Of a stretch of 64,000 nucleotides of DNA, positions 11,928 to 24,249 are shown one piece after another (positions within the stretch are counted from its first letter, which is position 1; every line of letters begins with the position of its first letter). The DNA is from Octopus vulgaris (lineage: Eukaryota), in assembly GCA_951406725.2 (NCBI GenBank), contig OX597817.1:134540001-134604000 (forward strand). The letters are read 5' to 3'. The translations under genes and the position numbers were made by a program. The notes beneath the pieces were generated by a model, which was not told the DNA's origin, made no database searches, and saw only the letters and a list, made by a program, of their open reading frames with translations.

Positions 11928-12219
11928 GAATTACGGATCTTATTGTTCAAGTATTGTTTGGAGTTTCAGTTCATGTTTTAAATTGCTGTCTTCGTTGTTA
12001 TTGTTGTTGTTGTTGTTTGTTTGTTTGTTTGTATTTGTTTTTATTTTACCGGTCTCCTTCTGAGAATCTTACGATTAGTGTGTGTGATGGATTAAAAGAT
12101 TTAGCACATCTCTCCCGTGTCAGGGGATGAGTCGATTGCAAGCGAAAGAGAAACACATGAAACGTTTCCCAATAAACCTCATAACTTCTTTTTTCCTTAT
12201 TCTACCGCTAGCTGCCTTT

Positions 12220-12281
<62 letters not shown>

Positions 12282-13017
12282 GGTGGTGGTGGTGGTGGTG
12301 GTGGTGGTGGTGGTAGTAGTTGTAGTGGTGGTGGTGGTGGTAGTAGTAGTTGTAGTGGTGGTGGTGGTGATGGTAGTAGTAGTTGTAGTAGTGGTGGTGG
12401 TGGTAGTAGTAGTTGTAGTAGTGGTAGTGGTGGTGGTGGTAGTAGTAGTTGTAGTGGTAGTGGAGGTGGTGGTGGTGGTGGTGGTGGTTATAGTTGAGGA
12501 GGGCTGAAGAGGGAAGACGGAGCAAAGGAAGTAGCAACGACGATAATCATAGTGGAGAAGTAGGTCGGAGGAGGAGGAGGGCCTTTGTTTTTAGTAAAAG
12601 TGCGACTTATTCACCTACTACTACTACCACTACTACTACTTTTGCTGCTGCTGCTGATGATGATGATGATAATATTGATGATGATGAAGATATTACTTAT
12701 ATACTATTACTACCACTACCACTACTGCTGCTGCTTCTACTACTGCTCATAAAGATGCTGCTGGTGATGCTACTACTACCACTATTACTACCTCTGCTAC
12801 TGATGATGAGGATGAGGACGATGATGATGATTTTACTATCATTGTTACTGTACTACTACTACTACTACTATTACTGCTGCTGCTGATGATGATCTTAATA
12901 TCATTGTTATTGTACTAATACTACTACTATTACTGCTGCTGCTGCTGCTTCTGATACTACTACTGCCCCTACTACTACTGCTGCTACTGCTGCTTCTGAT
13001 ACTACTACTACTACTAA
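12220..13017. repeat. Compound (AGT)n/(GGT)n and (ACT)/(GCT)/(GAT) trinucleotide tracts
   Basis: Direct inspection. Confidence 0.9.
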
Positions 13018-13514
13018 TACGTTCAGGCATCGAGCGGGTAGAATCGTGAACACGTCGGATAGAATTGTTAGGGTCACTTCATTCAGACACTTTACGTTCT
13101 GAGTTCAAATACCACAGACCTCCACTTTACCTTTCTTCCTTTTGGGGTTGCTAAAATAAAGTACTAACGAAGCAGCGGGGTCAATGTAATCAACTCACTT
13201 CCCCACCTCTGCCCTGTTGCAAAATTGGAAAGAATTACGAATATCTACATCATCAGCATCATCATTATTATCATTATCATTTAAAATGAAAAAGCGGGGC
13301 GAGGATCATTATTTGCGTTTTGTCGGCAAAATCATTAGAGAACTGGAAGAAACGAATTATATTCAGTCTATTGAGGTTTGGAGTTCAAATCCAGCCGAGA
13401 TCAGTTAAAGCCAACTTTGTTTTATGAACCCTCTGCAGTCGATAGAATGTAGTCGACTGTCGATGTAATCCTCGAGCCCAATCAAATTATTGGTTTTTTA
13501 CCCCTTTTAGAAAC

Positions 13515-13861
13515 AATGTTCAGGGTCCGAGTATTTCTGACTTGTGGCGTTATGTCGAACCGCTGTTATCGCGTATAGCTCGAAGCTGACTCTCGACTAA
13601 ATCCATCGTTAGGATTGCCCCTACCTTCAACGAAGCAAGACAGGCGGTGTTCCTCGGTCAAGTGGCTATGGCGAAAGAAGTTGTTGGATGAACGAGGCTG
13701 AAAAAATTGAGGAAAGACACCTTCCACTTCGGCCAAACTCTCATCGACTTTTTAAAGTTTCAAATTGAAAAGGGAAGTAAGGGTGGAGAGAGATGTCCCA
13801 CCTCCCAGTGGATATGTGAAAAGATGGGTGACTGTGGCAAAAATGCTTGGAGTGAATGGCT
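13515..13861 (+). mobile_element. Tx1/L1-like LINE 3' fragment
   Basis: Decayed frame SDLWRYVEPLLSRI...SIVRIAP...VFLGQVAMAKEVV...LKREVRVERDV...KRWVTVAKMLGVNG; homologous to 54212-54530. Confidence 0.6.
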
Positions 13862-13901
13862 TTACTAGGAATCAGAACCCAGGTTCAAAATTTTCCCCCA
13901 A

Positions 13902-13947
13902 GACACCTGATGAAGGCTGGAGGATATATCAGCCGAAACGTTGTGTT
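13902..13947 (+). ncRNA. Minimal type-I hammerhead ribozyme motif with canonical core
   Basis: GACAC CTGATGA A GGCTG-gaggatatat-CAGCC GAAA CG TT GTGTT: 5-bp stem I, 5-bp stem II, palindromic AACGTT in place of stem III. Confidence 0.75.
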
Positions 13948-14617
13948 AACAACAAACAAGATGAGGGCAAATGTAAATAATGTAAATAATGGACAAATTC
14001 TTTGTTGACCAGTGTTTTTCTTATCGCAGTTTACAAATCCAAACATGAAAATGGTACTCAACTTTAAAGTTTTGGAGACGCACACATACGTGCGTACAAA
14101 TACACACACACACACACACGCATTTATATATTAATGACGTTCACAAATATATGACAGGTATGCATAATACTGAAATATGTATAAACACATACAGACAAAC
14201 ATAATAAAGACATACAACCAATGAAGAGATAAAGGAAGAAGTAGGATGCTACATGTTGATTTTATTGGGTATTTCCTTTTCTTTAGAAACCTACAATGAA
14301 ATTAGGTATTTCTGTTTGTTTAGGACACTACAACCAAGAGGATATTTCACAGACGCTAAACTATAAATTTCACAGGGTACAACCTTAAAGTTAACACCGC
14401 TCCGCTGAACGCAGAAAATTTCTGTCTTCCTATAAATACTCAATTTTTCGATTATTAAAACTCTGTAACTTTTTCCTCCAATTTTTTTTTCTCCACAACA
14501 TCATACTTTCATAGCAATTAGTCTGGAAAACTTTATCATTATAGCCAATTTTCAGATTTTTTAATGTCTTTTAAAAAATGCATACTTTGCGAATGAAAAT
14601 ATCTAGATCCCCCATCT

Positions 14618-14618
14618 G

Positions 14619-14669
<51 letters not shown>

Positions 14670-14743
14670 GTTATTATTATTATTGCTATTGTTATTATTA
14701 CTGTTGTTGTTATTATTATTATTATTGTTGTTGTTATTATTGT

Positions 14744-14774
<31 letters not shown>

Positions 14775-14838
14775 GTTGTTATTACTGTTGTTATTATTAT
14801 TATTACTGTTGTTGTTATTATTATTATTATTACTGTTG

Positions 14839-14869
<31 letters not shown>

Positions 14870-14915
14870 CATTATTATCATTATTATTATCATTATTATC
14901 ATTATTATTATTATT
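14618..14915. repeat. (TTA)n/(TTG)n compound microsatellite
   Basis: Direct inspection; source of poly-N/poly-L ORFs. Confidence 0.95.
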
Positions 14916-14921
14916 CCTTTG

Positions 14922-15670
14922 AAAGCGGTGAGCTGCCAGAGTCATTAGCACGCCGGACAAAATGCTTAGCAGCATTTCGTCTCTCTTAACGTTCTGAGTT
15001 CAAATTCCATCGAGGTCGACTTTGCCTGTCATCTTTTCGGATGTTATATTTTTAGTGACCGACCCCTGGTCCTTCAGTCAGAATTGGTCTTGTTTCTGTC
15101 TTCATGTGCCACATCCTACTTATTTCAATTTCAAGCTTATCATATTCTTTGTTAGGTAAATTTTTTTATCCGATGGTTTTGTCTTATCTGTATGCAGACA
15201 GATCTTGTTTTGATGCCTTCATCAATAATATCTGGGCAAGTGGAAATAATTCTACAATTGCTATATATCATGTCCTATATTTTTACCCTTTTCCTCCGTT
15301 TGGTGTCGATAAATTAAGTACTAATTGAACACTGGGGTCGATCTAATCGATTAGTCCCCTCCCCACAAAATTCAGGCCTTGTGTGTTCAGTAGAAAGGAT
15401 TATTATTATTGTTTTTCGATTGATTTGCATTTTCTTTCATCTTCTGCTCAGCTCTAAGGCGGTGGGCTGGCAAAATCTTGAGCCCACCGACCAAAATGCT
15501 TAGCGACATTTCATTCGTTGTTATGCTATGAATTCCAATTCCATTGAGGTCCACTTTGTATTTCATCCAGTCAGGATCGATAAATTAAGCACCAGTGGAT
15601 TCGGTGTCAATGTAATCAATAAGCCCCCTTCCCACCAAAATATCAGATCATGTCTGTATGGTAGAAAGAA
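14922..15670 (+). mobile_element. Cluster of decayed/split SINE family A copies
   Basis: Heads at ~14922 and ~15457; body/tail at 15285-15400. Confidence 0.65.
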
Positions 15671-16684
15671 TTACTGTTATGCCTTTGATATCGCCTTAAA
15701 AGATACCTGCTGAGCGACAACCAGTTACGAAATTGCTGGCCTTGTGTCAAAATTTGAAATCAATATTAACAGAGTTTGCTAATTCCATTAATCCAGACGG
15801 ATTATCACACTTTCCAGAAATGGATCTACCACAGCAACAAGCACTATACGGTTTCGATAGGTGAGGATGGATATCGGCATAGAACGAAAAATAATTATTG
15901 GAAAGGCGATGAGAACAACGCCAAAGTATAATAGCCTACAAGCTTTCAAACGGAGCGATGAAGAATAAAATCACTTGACTTGCGAGAAATAGCAGCTAAA
16001 AAATGAAACCATGCCGTACGTTTTTAAAATTGAGATATGTTCTGCCAGGGTTATATAATTGCTACACACATTATAGAGGATCCATCTAGTCTCTCTGGCC
16101 ACTATTCTCGGGAGACACATGGGGATAGAGTCCTCAGGTACCTCCGCCATATGGACCTAATCAGAAGCAGCCGTTATAACACTTTCAGCCTTGATTCCGA
16201 AGCCTGGCCAACTGAGATTACGGATAAAACCCATTCCGGAGTCGACGTTTAACAAAGGCGGTCAGGGCTTTAGAAGTATTTGCTTATAGATCTGTTTGAT
16301 CAAGGCAGACTCGGGGTTAACAGGCACAAAAATAACAGCTACAACAACATTAATGTGTTCAGTGATCTTCTCCGACGCTGTAATAATGAAATATGCATCG
16401 AACAATAAAAACAAGGCGGGTGTCGTTGTTTACATTGGAAAAAAATACATACAATAAATAATGGTAGGAAATTACGTCAGCAGCATATTACGTCAGTACA
16501 TCAGTATATGGTGGGTTTGTGTGTGAGAGGGTCATGTGCGCAGGAAATTATACAGTTAAATCTATAGGATGACTTCAAAGAAATTAAAATGGAAAAAGAA
16601 TAAGTAATTGTCAACAACTTCATTATCTTATACCTGTTTTTCTATTAGGACGCAACGCACTTAAGTATATGTATGTGTGTGTGC

Positions 16685-16739
<55 letters not shown>

Positions 16740-16803
16740 GGTCCCGGGTTGAGTCGGGGTTAACCACAGTAAATAAGGTACTCAATACATAGCAGAGTAA
16801 ATC

Positions 16804-16930
16804 TATTTATTTTATAGAAGGAGCTTCTACAGGACTAGAACTGTTTCATTCAAAAGAAATCATTAGGAAGCTTCCTGATGATTTCTTTTGAATGAAACAG
16901 TTCTAGTCCTGTAGAAGCTCCTTCTATAAA

Positions 16931-16937
<7 letters not shown>
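16804..16937. repeat. 134-bp spacerless palindrome (67-bp arms, 1 mismatch) containing a hammerhead-like core
   Basis: Centre ggaag|cttcc at 16870/16871; only mismatch 16864 T vs 16877 G; CTGATGA-tttcttttgaat-GAAA-cagttc-TA from 16875. Confidence 0.9.
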
Positions 16938-17004
<67 letters not shown>

Positions 17005-17199
17005 GTGTATGTATGTATGTATGTATGTATGTATGTATGTATGTATGCATGTGTGTGTATGTGTGTATGTGTGTGTGTGTGGCACCTTGGACAAGTGTCT
17101 TCTACTATAGCCTCGGGCTGACCAAAGCCTTGTAAGTGGATTTGGTAGACGGAAGCTGAAAGAAGCTCTCGATTCTATCAATCTTACATTTGCTAAACA

Positions 17200-17790
17200 A
17201 GTTGGCATTAGAAATTCTGTCTTTTAGTGATTAACCGCATATTCTCCTCAGACAGTCTTTGTGGAAAAGGTCTAGTTGGTTAATGTGTCGTCTATAGGTT
17301 ATCTACAATTCTAAGCTATACAAGAGAATAGTAAGAATGGCTGCTTTATAGACTTGTACTTTGGTGTCAGCTTTGATGCTCCTTTCATTCCATAGGCGAT
17401 GACGGAGTTTGCCAAATGCATTGGCTACTTTTACAAGACGGTTAACGATTTCATCATCAAAAGAAGCGCTCAAATTCACTTTACTACCAAGATGTGTAAA
17501 TGGCTTCACATAACTTAGGCTTTTCTCATCAACCTGTATAGGAGTGTCAGGAAAATTGTTAACCGGTGGCCTTTGTTTGACATCTTGAAGAATTTGTTTA
17601 GAATTTGGACAAGATTTGTGAATTCCTTCCCACTTATTTATGCTGATGGTCAAACCAAAGTCTATACATGCAACAGAAAACTGGTCAAAACGTTCGTGAG
17701 AGAGATATTCTTGTTTGACCTATATAGTTGTGTCCATACGACGAACAAGTTATGACAGATTAAGTTTCCGGATGCACAGGTAAACTGAGA
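17200..17790 (-). mobile_element. RTE-clade LINE fragment (RT C-terminal/thumb region)
   Basis: DFGLTISINK...FTHLGSKVNLSASFDDEIVNRLVKVANAFGKLRHRLWNERSIKADTKVQVYKAAILTILLYSLE. Confidence 0.8.
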
Positions 17791-17794
17791 CCTT

Positions 17795-18240
17795 GTTTTT
17801 GAATATTTGTCATTGTTTAAAGTGGAATTCTGAACCTTGCAGAAGGTTGAGACATGTTACACACTTAGGTCTCCTGCATTTTTTAACACTTGGCCCCTTT
17901 GTTGTTGGCAATAACTTTTCCCATCTCAGGATTCTCTTTAAAGATTTTGGTTGTTCATTTTATTCTGATGAATTTGTGCATGAGAAGAATGTGGTTCATT
18001 TTAGGATCACTAATAAGCATGGGTAAATTCTGAATAATGTGATTATATGCTTTGTTATTTCTAGGATTCTGGTTAGAAATATAGAGTAGTACTTTCATAT
18101 TGTATGTGTTATTTCGTTTTATTTTTCTTAGTGTCTGGGTATCCGTTCTCTTACCATGTTTTATCCCATCATTCATTAATGAAGAGGGATAATGTCTTTT
18201 GACTAGTATGGTTTTTGAATTCATGAAGTTGAAGGTCCCG
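17795..18240 (-). mobile_element. Penelope-like element fragment (RT-endonuclease linker)
   Basis: KRHYPSSL...LYISNQNPRN...IIQNLPMLISDPKMNHIL, then shifted QPKSLKRIL...SVKKCRRPKCVTC...GSEFHFKQ; homologous to 30500-30800. Confidence 0.75.
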
Positions 18241-18296
18241 GGTATTTCCTTTTCGATAAATTAAAGGGATTTATTTCACATAATTTTTATTAATGT

Positions 18297-18361
<65 letters not shown>

Positions 18362-18683
18362 TTAATGGTTGTTTTTTATGGGCAAATCTTAGTCGAAACC
18401 CGTCGGTCAGTCGAGTTGCTTGAAGCTGATAGGATTTCGCTCCCCTGCAACCAATATATATCGGGCGCAGATTACATCGACAAACAGCTACGGGGGGCAT
18501 CCTCTTGGGGTTAAAAAATGGTTGTAATGTCGGTTCGTACGGAATAGCCATGGTCGGAGTGGCGACAAACAGTAATTCTCAGTATAGTTACTTATAAAGA
18601 TTTTCTAACGAACTACTTTGCTTGCTGTAATAAAACCAACTTAACGTTAATCTGATAGGTTTCTCGCTACTTCTACAGAATAC

Positions 18684-18717
<34 letters not shown>

Positions 18718-18998
18718 TACACACACACACACATGCACACATACATGCATACAAACATATACATGCACACACAGTGGGGGAGTGTGGCGATTCGGTGAAA
18801 CGCAAGATGACGTCAACGGTCGTCAGAGAAATGATAAAGTAAAGGAAGTAAGTATGTGTCGGCTTATTGAATATGTCGAGAGAAACTATGAAATATTAGA
18901 GAACTTAGAAGACAAGTGACTAGTTTAGCAATTGCTCTATATATTTACGTAGCAGTGGGTTTCTTAATGCGTATATACGTATGCATGTACGTATGATT

Positions 18999-19175
18999 GT
19001 ATGTATATATGAGTTATGTACGTGTATAATTATGTATGTATATATGTAGTTATGTACGTGTATAATTATATAAGTTTGTATATATGTAGTTAGATGCGTG
19101 TATAATTAATTACGTATGTAGGTTTATTATTTATGTAGCTATGTACATGTATAATTTTATGTGTATGTGGGTATA
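18999..19175. repeat. Degenerate ~36-45-bp tandem repeat
   Basis: About 4 copies of gtatgtatatatgtagttatgtacgtgtataatta. Confidence 0.7.
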
Positions 19176-19667
19176 TATTTTTGAGCATACAGATATGTAT
19201 TTTATGTTCTCAACTGTCACACTAAGAGGAATGGCAGATTTCTAAAAATTGACATGTTTCTTTCATTAGAATTTAGACATCAGTTCGGTAGTTATACACC
19301 TATGTCTGGACGTATGTATATATGTATATATGTATATGTCGAACGATGAAACTGGGTGCGCAACACTGCATTGGTGGATAAAATTTCTTTATTTGTGAAT
19401 TAAGGCTACTATTGGTTTCATGTTAAGAAAAGTGGGAAAATAGCCTAGTGCCTGGGCAATTTTTAAAACCGATCACATAGAGAAAGGTGTTCGCCTCCGT
19501 TTTGGAAAACAGTCTCGTTTAGTTCACGACGGTTCTCGTAAATTCCCGTGAATAAAATAATGAGTCAATGCATCATGGGACGTTACTCTTGGGTAGCAGC
19601 TTTTGAATATTTGTCGTCTTTTCGGCAAATTTTTGTGAGGTCAGTACACACACACACATATATATAT

Positions 19668-19970
19668 TTCTTGGTTCGGCCGCTGTACGTGCAACATCTA
19701 TATTCCTCCCTATGACTGTGAAATCTTGTATTACTACCGCAAGGCTTTACTTCCACACACGCCAGCTTAATCTAATTCGTTCTGTTATTTGTTCGAGTAC
19801 AACTAGCCGTAATTGCAAAGATAATCTGGAACTTGACTGAAGAAAGAAAACTCCGAATGACCCGTCTTTGTTTTCTTTATATCGTCTATCTGGATGTTTT
19901 GTTGTCCATTTTTTGTATCACCTAACTGTTTGGATGATTTGCGTTCTTGTCCCATTTTGTATTTTTTATA
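19668..19970 (+). mobile_element. Dispersed repeat family H3
   Basis: Reverse-complement homology to 2190-2555; direct homology to 7537-7660. Confidence 0.7.
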
Positions 19971-20017
19971 TGTAAAACACATAGCAGCGTAAGTACACTT
20001 TGGTCTCATATATGTAA

Positions 20018-20070
<53 letters not shown>

Positions 20071-20262
20071 GTAGAATTTGATTTAGTATTTCTAAATTGA
20101 ATTCTTTTTCCTTGTAAGTCTGGATTTTATTTCCTCTAATAATTATATATATATATATAAGCGCAGGAGTGGCTGTGTGGTAAGCAGCTTCCTTACCAAC
20201 CACATGTTTCAGGGTTCGGTCCCATATATATATCATATATATATATACATATATATATCTCT

Positions 20263-20508
20263 AATGATTCATTTCTGTACCCACTGCCTTTACAACACCA
20301 GTTTACGCAAAAATTCGAGGTGAAAATTTACGTAATGTTTGCGGTTTTAGACATTAGAAAGGCATATTATCAGACTTGCATCAAAGGTGTGCTACTGCCT
20401 CTCTAATGGGCAAAACCGGTAACATTACATAAATTTTCACTTCGAGGTTTTGCGTAAACTATTGTTACAAATAGATTTGGTACGGAGACAATTGTAAAGA
20501 ATCATTAA
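20263..20508. mobile_element. Decayed fold-back MITE
   Basis: agtttacgcaaaaattcgaggtgaaaatttacgtaatgtt..cggtttt..cattagaaaggca vs tgcctctctaatg..aaaaccg..aacattacataaattttcacttcgaggttttgcgtaaact. Confidence 0.7.
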
Positions 20509-21050
20509 AACATCTTTCTCTTTCCGTCTACTAAATCCATTCGCAAGTCTTTAGTCGGCCTGAGGCTTTAGTAGAAGACACTTGCCCAAATTACCACGTA
20601 AGTGTACTGAACCCGGATCTCTGCATTTAGGAAGCAAATTTCGTACCACACAGCCACTCCTGTTCCTATATCGAAATTGTGTTTCCGTATTATCACTTTT
20701 GTTTCAGATACCATCATGGTTTTGGCTGGTTGTTGTTGAAAGGTTTATCAAGAATAGTGAATGTGGAGTACCCCTGTTCCCACACCCTAAATGTGTGCAG
20801 TTATTCCGTGTGTGAACGTCTATATATAACAAGCACAATTATAGATATAGCAGATACCATTCACAAATATGTGCCTACGTCGTTCATGTAGATGCCATCA
20901 GCCACTCTGAGATATTCCACTTAATTAATTTTTGTTTAATTACCAAAATTATCTAGGTCATAAATGTATTTTACCCATTTTTTTGTATATGTCTGAGTCC
21001 TTTGCTCTGCTGGATCCCCACCTGTGGATTATATTAATTGTATTTACCTT

Positions 21051-21439
21051 GGATGGAAGCACTCCGTCGGTTACGACGATGAGGGTTCCGGTTGATCCGA
21101 ATCAACGGAACAGCCTGCTCGTGAAATTAACGTGTAGGTGGCTGAGCACTCCACAGACACGGGCACCCTTAACGTAGTTCTCGGGGATATTCAGCGTGAC
21201 ACAGAGAGTGACAAGGCCGGCCCCTTGAAATACAGGTACAACAGAAACAGGAAGTAAGAGTGAGAGAAAGTTGTGGTGAAAGAGTACAGCAGGGATCACC
21301 ACCATCCCCTGCCGGAGCCCCGTGGAACGTTTAGGTGTTTTCGCTCAATAAACACTCACAACGCCCGGTCTGGGAATCGAAACCGCGATCCTATGACCGC
21401 GAGTCCGCTGCCCTAACCACTGGGCCATTGCGTCTCCAC
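21051..21439 (-). mobile_element. Full-length tRNA-Arg-like SINE family B (OR-type) with 11-bp TSD
   Basis: Near-identical to 62621-63000; head tggcccagtggttagggcagcggacTCGcgg...tttcgattccc; TSD gtatttacctt at 21040-21050 and 21440-21450. Confidence 0.9.
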
Positions 21440-21789
21440 GTATTTACCTTAATAGACTTGCCACTAGAAATCAGATTTGGGAAATCTAAGGACTAAGTAT
21501 GAAACAGCCATTAAATGATGGCGGTGGCACGTAAGTTAACAATGGTGGACCATAATAAAGCTACGCCTATGCAGGGCTCTAATGGATGCATCAGGTATCA
21601 ATGAAAATAAGATAATCTCTGGATTATCTGAACAAATCGTAACTCATTTTGACAAAAGAAACTACAACATTCGCGGTAAAGGCGAGGACCAGTTTCATGC
21701 AACATAGACGACAGTTGTGGCCGAAGTATTGTATTTTCTGAGACACTTGTTGAATTTATCTTGTATCCGAGAATTTATTTTTTCTTTGC

Positions 21790-22130
21790 TGAATGCTTCC
21801 TTTATGGTAATGTCGTTGGTAACTCTGTTGACCAATTCTTGCATAGAAAAGTCGATAGCATTGACTGCATGGCAATATTGGTGGAGAACGAGGTTGATTT
21901 TGTTGTCGTTTAATTTCTTCCTTTTCTCGTCTTAGAAGTCTTTGCTTCCGATGGTGATGGGGCACCGCCACTTGGTACGGTCTAGGGCTTGTGTTTCCAG
22001 CGATGTCGGCTCAATCACAGTGGCTTTCAGTCTTGATCTGTATTGGTATATTTGTCTTCGAAGAGGGCCGCCCCATGGTCAATTTCTTGAAGTGACTATA
22101 TCGATATTCCTGTCCAACCAACTTCAACAA
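21790..22130 (-). mobile_element. RTE-clade LINE 3' end
   Basis: LKATVIEPTSLETQALDRTKWR, then LPCSQCYRLFYARIGQQSYQRH (decayed C-terminal zinc finger typical of RTE). Confidence 0.7.
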
Positions 22131-22202
22131 CTTCGCGAAAAATATCTGTATGTAAACACCAACGTGTCTTTACATAATGGCAATGAAAACATGAAAATAA
22201 AT

Positions 22203-22593
22203 GGAGCAAACATTGTTAGCTAACATAACATGGCAGTCCTTTTTTAGGACGAATGTTGTTGTAATTTAGCCCCAGGAGACATCGTCTTCAGCTGGTTATA
22301 CGACGCGATCTGCGTCCTTATAATTTCGAACAAGGGAATCTAGCACTCCCACTCAGCTCAAAACAATATTTGTGTATCGCGATTTCCTTGTTATTTCTCT
22401 TCATCAGCACAGAATAAATGATCATCTAGAGGTTTTGAGCTGAGTGGGGGTGCTAGATTCCCTTGTTCGAAAATATAAGGAGACAGATCGTGTCGTATAG
22501 CCAGCTGGAGACGATGTCTCCTGGGGCTAAATTACAGCAACATTAGTCCTAAACCAGGACTACCATGTTATATTGGCAAACAATCTTTACTCC
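22203..22593. mobile_element. MITE with ~160-bp inverted arms
   Basis: 22203-22364 vs 22432-22593 (gtaatttagccccaggagacatcgtcttcagctgg / ccagctggagacgatgtctcctggggctaaattac). Confidence 0.85.
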
Positions 22594-22746
22594 GAAGTAT
22601 TGTTGCTGAATATCTCTCGTGAGATTTACAAATAGTAATTTCCTAATGAAAATGAATGATCAGCACACAGAGAAGACGTCATAAAACCTGGTAAATTTGG
22701 AATCGTATTACTTTGTTTTCACCTCCTACAAAGAGGACAATAACAA

Positions 22747-23198
22747 TATTCTTTTATTCTTTTACTCTTTTACTTGTTTCATTCATTTTGACTGCGGCCA
22801 TGCTGGCGCACCGCCTTTAATCTGGCAAATCGACCCCGGGACATATTTTTTGTAAGCCTAGTATTTATTCTATCGGTCTCTTTTACCGAAGCGCTAAGTT
22901 GCAGGGATGTAAACATACCAGCATCGGTTGTCAGGCGATGGTCGGAGGACAAACACAGACACACAAATGCACACAGACACACAAATGCACACACACACAC
23001 ATTCACACACACGCACATATATATATGTATATATACGATGGGCTTCTTTGAGTTCCTGTCTATGAAGCCCACTCACAAGGCTTTGATCGGGCCGAGGCTA
23101 CAGGAGAAGACACTTGCCCAATGTGCCATGCAGTGGGACTAAACCCGGATTTATGTGATTGGGAAGCAAACTTCTTTCCACACAGCCACTCCTGCGCC
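22747..23198 (-). mobile_element. Full-length SINE family C with internal (TA)/(TG) microsatellite
   Basis: Head ggcgcaggagtggctgtgtgg..gggtttagtccc; CORE-like cattgggcaagtgtcttct; internal microsatellite; tail ...gcatggccgcagtcaaaatgaatgaaacaagtaaaagagtaaaaga. Confidence 0.85.
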
Positions 23199-23231
23199 AA
23201 ATGCCGATGTTCGATACTAATATACTTACAC

Positions 23232-23603
23232 CCCGTCGGTTACGACAACGAGGGTTCCAGCTGATCCGATGAACGGAACAGCCTGCTTGTGAAATTAACG
23301 TACAATTGGCTGATCACCTCACAGACACGTGTGCCCTTAACGTAGTTCTCGAGGAGATTCCTCCTGACACAAAGTGTGACAAGGCTGGCCCTTTGAAATA
23401 CAGGTGCAACAGAAACAGAAAGAAAGAATGAGAGAAAGTTGTGGTAAAAGAGTACAGGAAGGTTCATCACCACCCACTGCTGGAGCCTCGTGGAGCTTTG
23501 GGGTTTTTCGCTCAACAGACACTCACAATTCCCAGCCTGGGAATCGAAACCGCGAGCCTACGCACACAAGCCTGCTGCCCTAACCATTGGGCCGTTGCGC
23601 CTC
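23232..23603 (-). mobile_element. SINE family B (older copy)
   Basis: Homologous over full length to 21051-21439. Confidence 0.85.
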
Positions 23604-23729
23604 AGCAATATAACAATAATGAATAAGTGATTATGGTGATGTAACGAAGTAAAGTAAGAGTTCCACCGACGTAGTTGCTCCACGAAGCAACGTAAGGTAA
23701 CCGGTTTTAAATAAGAACATAACAGAACC

Positions 23730-23920
23730 ACCGTCATCATCATTATTAACATCACCGCTGCCACATCAACTACAGCTTTCACCATCGATACCCTCATCAG
23801 CATCATCAGCATCATCATCATCATCATAACCAGCACCATTATATTTATCATCATCATCATCATCATTATCATCACCATCATCATCAACATCACTACCACC
23901 ACCACCACCGCCGCCACTAC

Positions 23921-23958
<38 letters not shown>

Positions 23959-23990
23959 ACACCCTCATCATCATCTTCATCATCATTATC
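23730..23990. repeat. (CAT)n/(CAC)n compound microsatellite
   Basis: Direct inspection. Confidence 0.9.
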
Positions 23991-24249
23991 CCTCTTACCA
24001 GTAATAAATGAAAATGTCGATGTAGATTTTAGCAGCGATTCTTCATAATGACGTAAGGTTCCACATTTCGGAGAAAGATTTCAATCGATCCAATGTACCC
24101 CGGTACATAATTAGTGATCGCTTCAGGGTAGCACTTTAGTATTTTTGTCGCAGAATTCGAGACTCGCAGAGAAGCCGGGTGAGAGGAGGGAGGCGGCGGG
24201 GAAGGAGAGGGAGAGAAGTGGGGCGGGGCGGGGATCAGAATATAACATC

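Noticed and set aside
11232-12130. 249-aa and 265-aa ORFs (poly-V/M; hydrophobic N-terminus plus Gly/Asp-rich body resembling a secreted acidic protein)
   Set aside because: Open in several frames and on both strands because (GGT)/(GAT) repeats lack stops; no wobble-position variation. Microsatellite artefact.
19330-19640. Possible very old mariner remnant
   Set aside because: No intact diagnostic motif (WVP, DETW, HDNA) or TIR.
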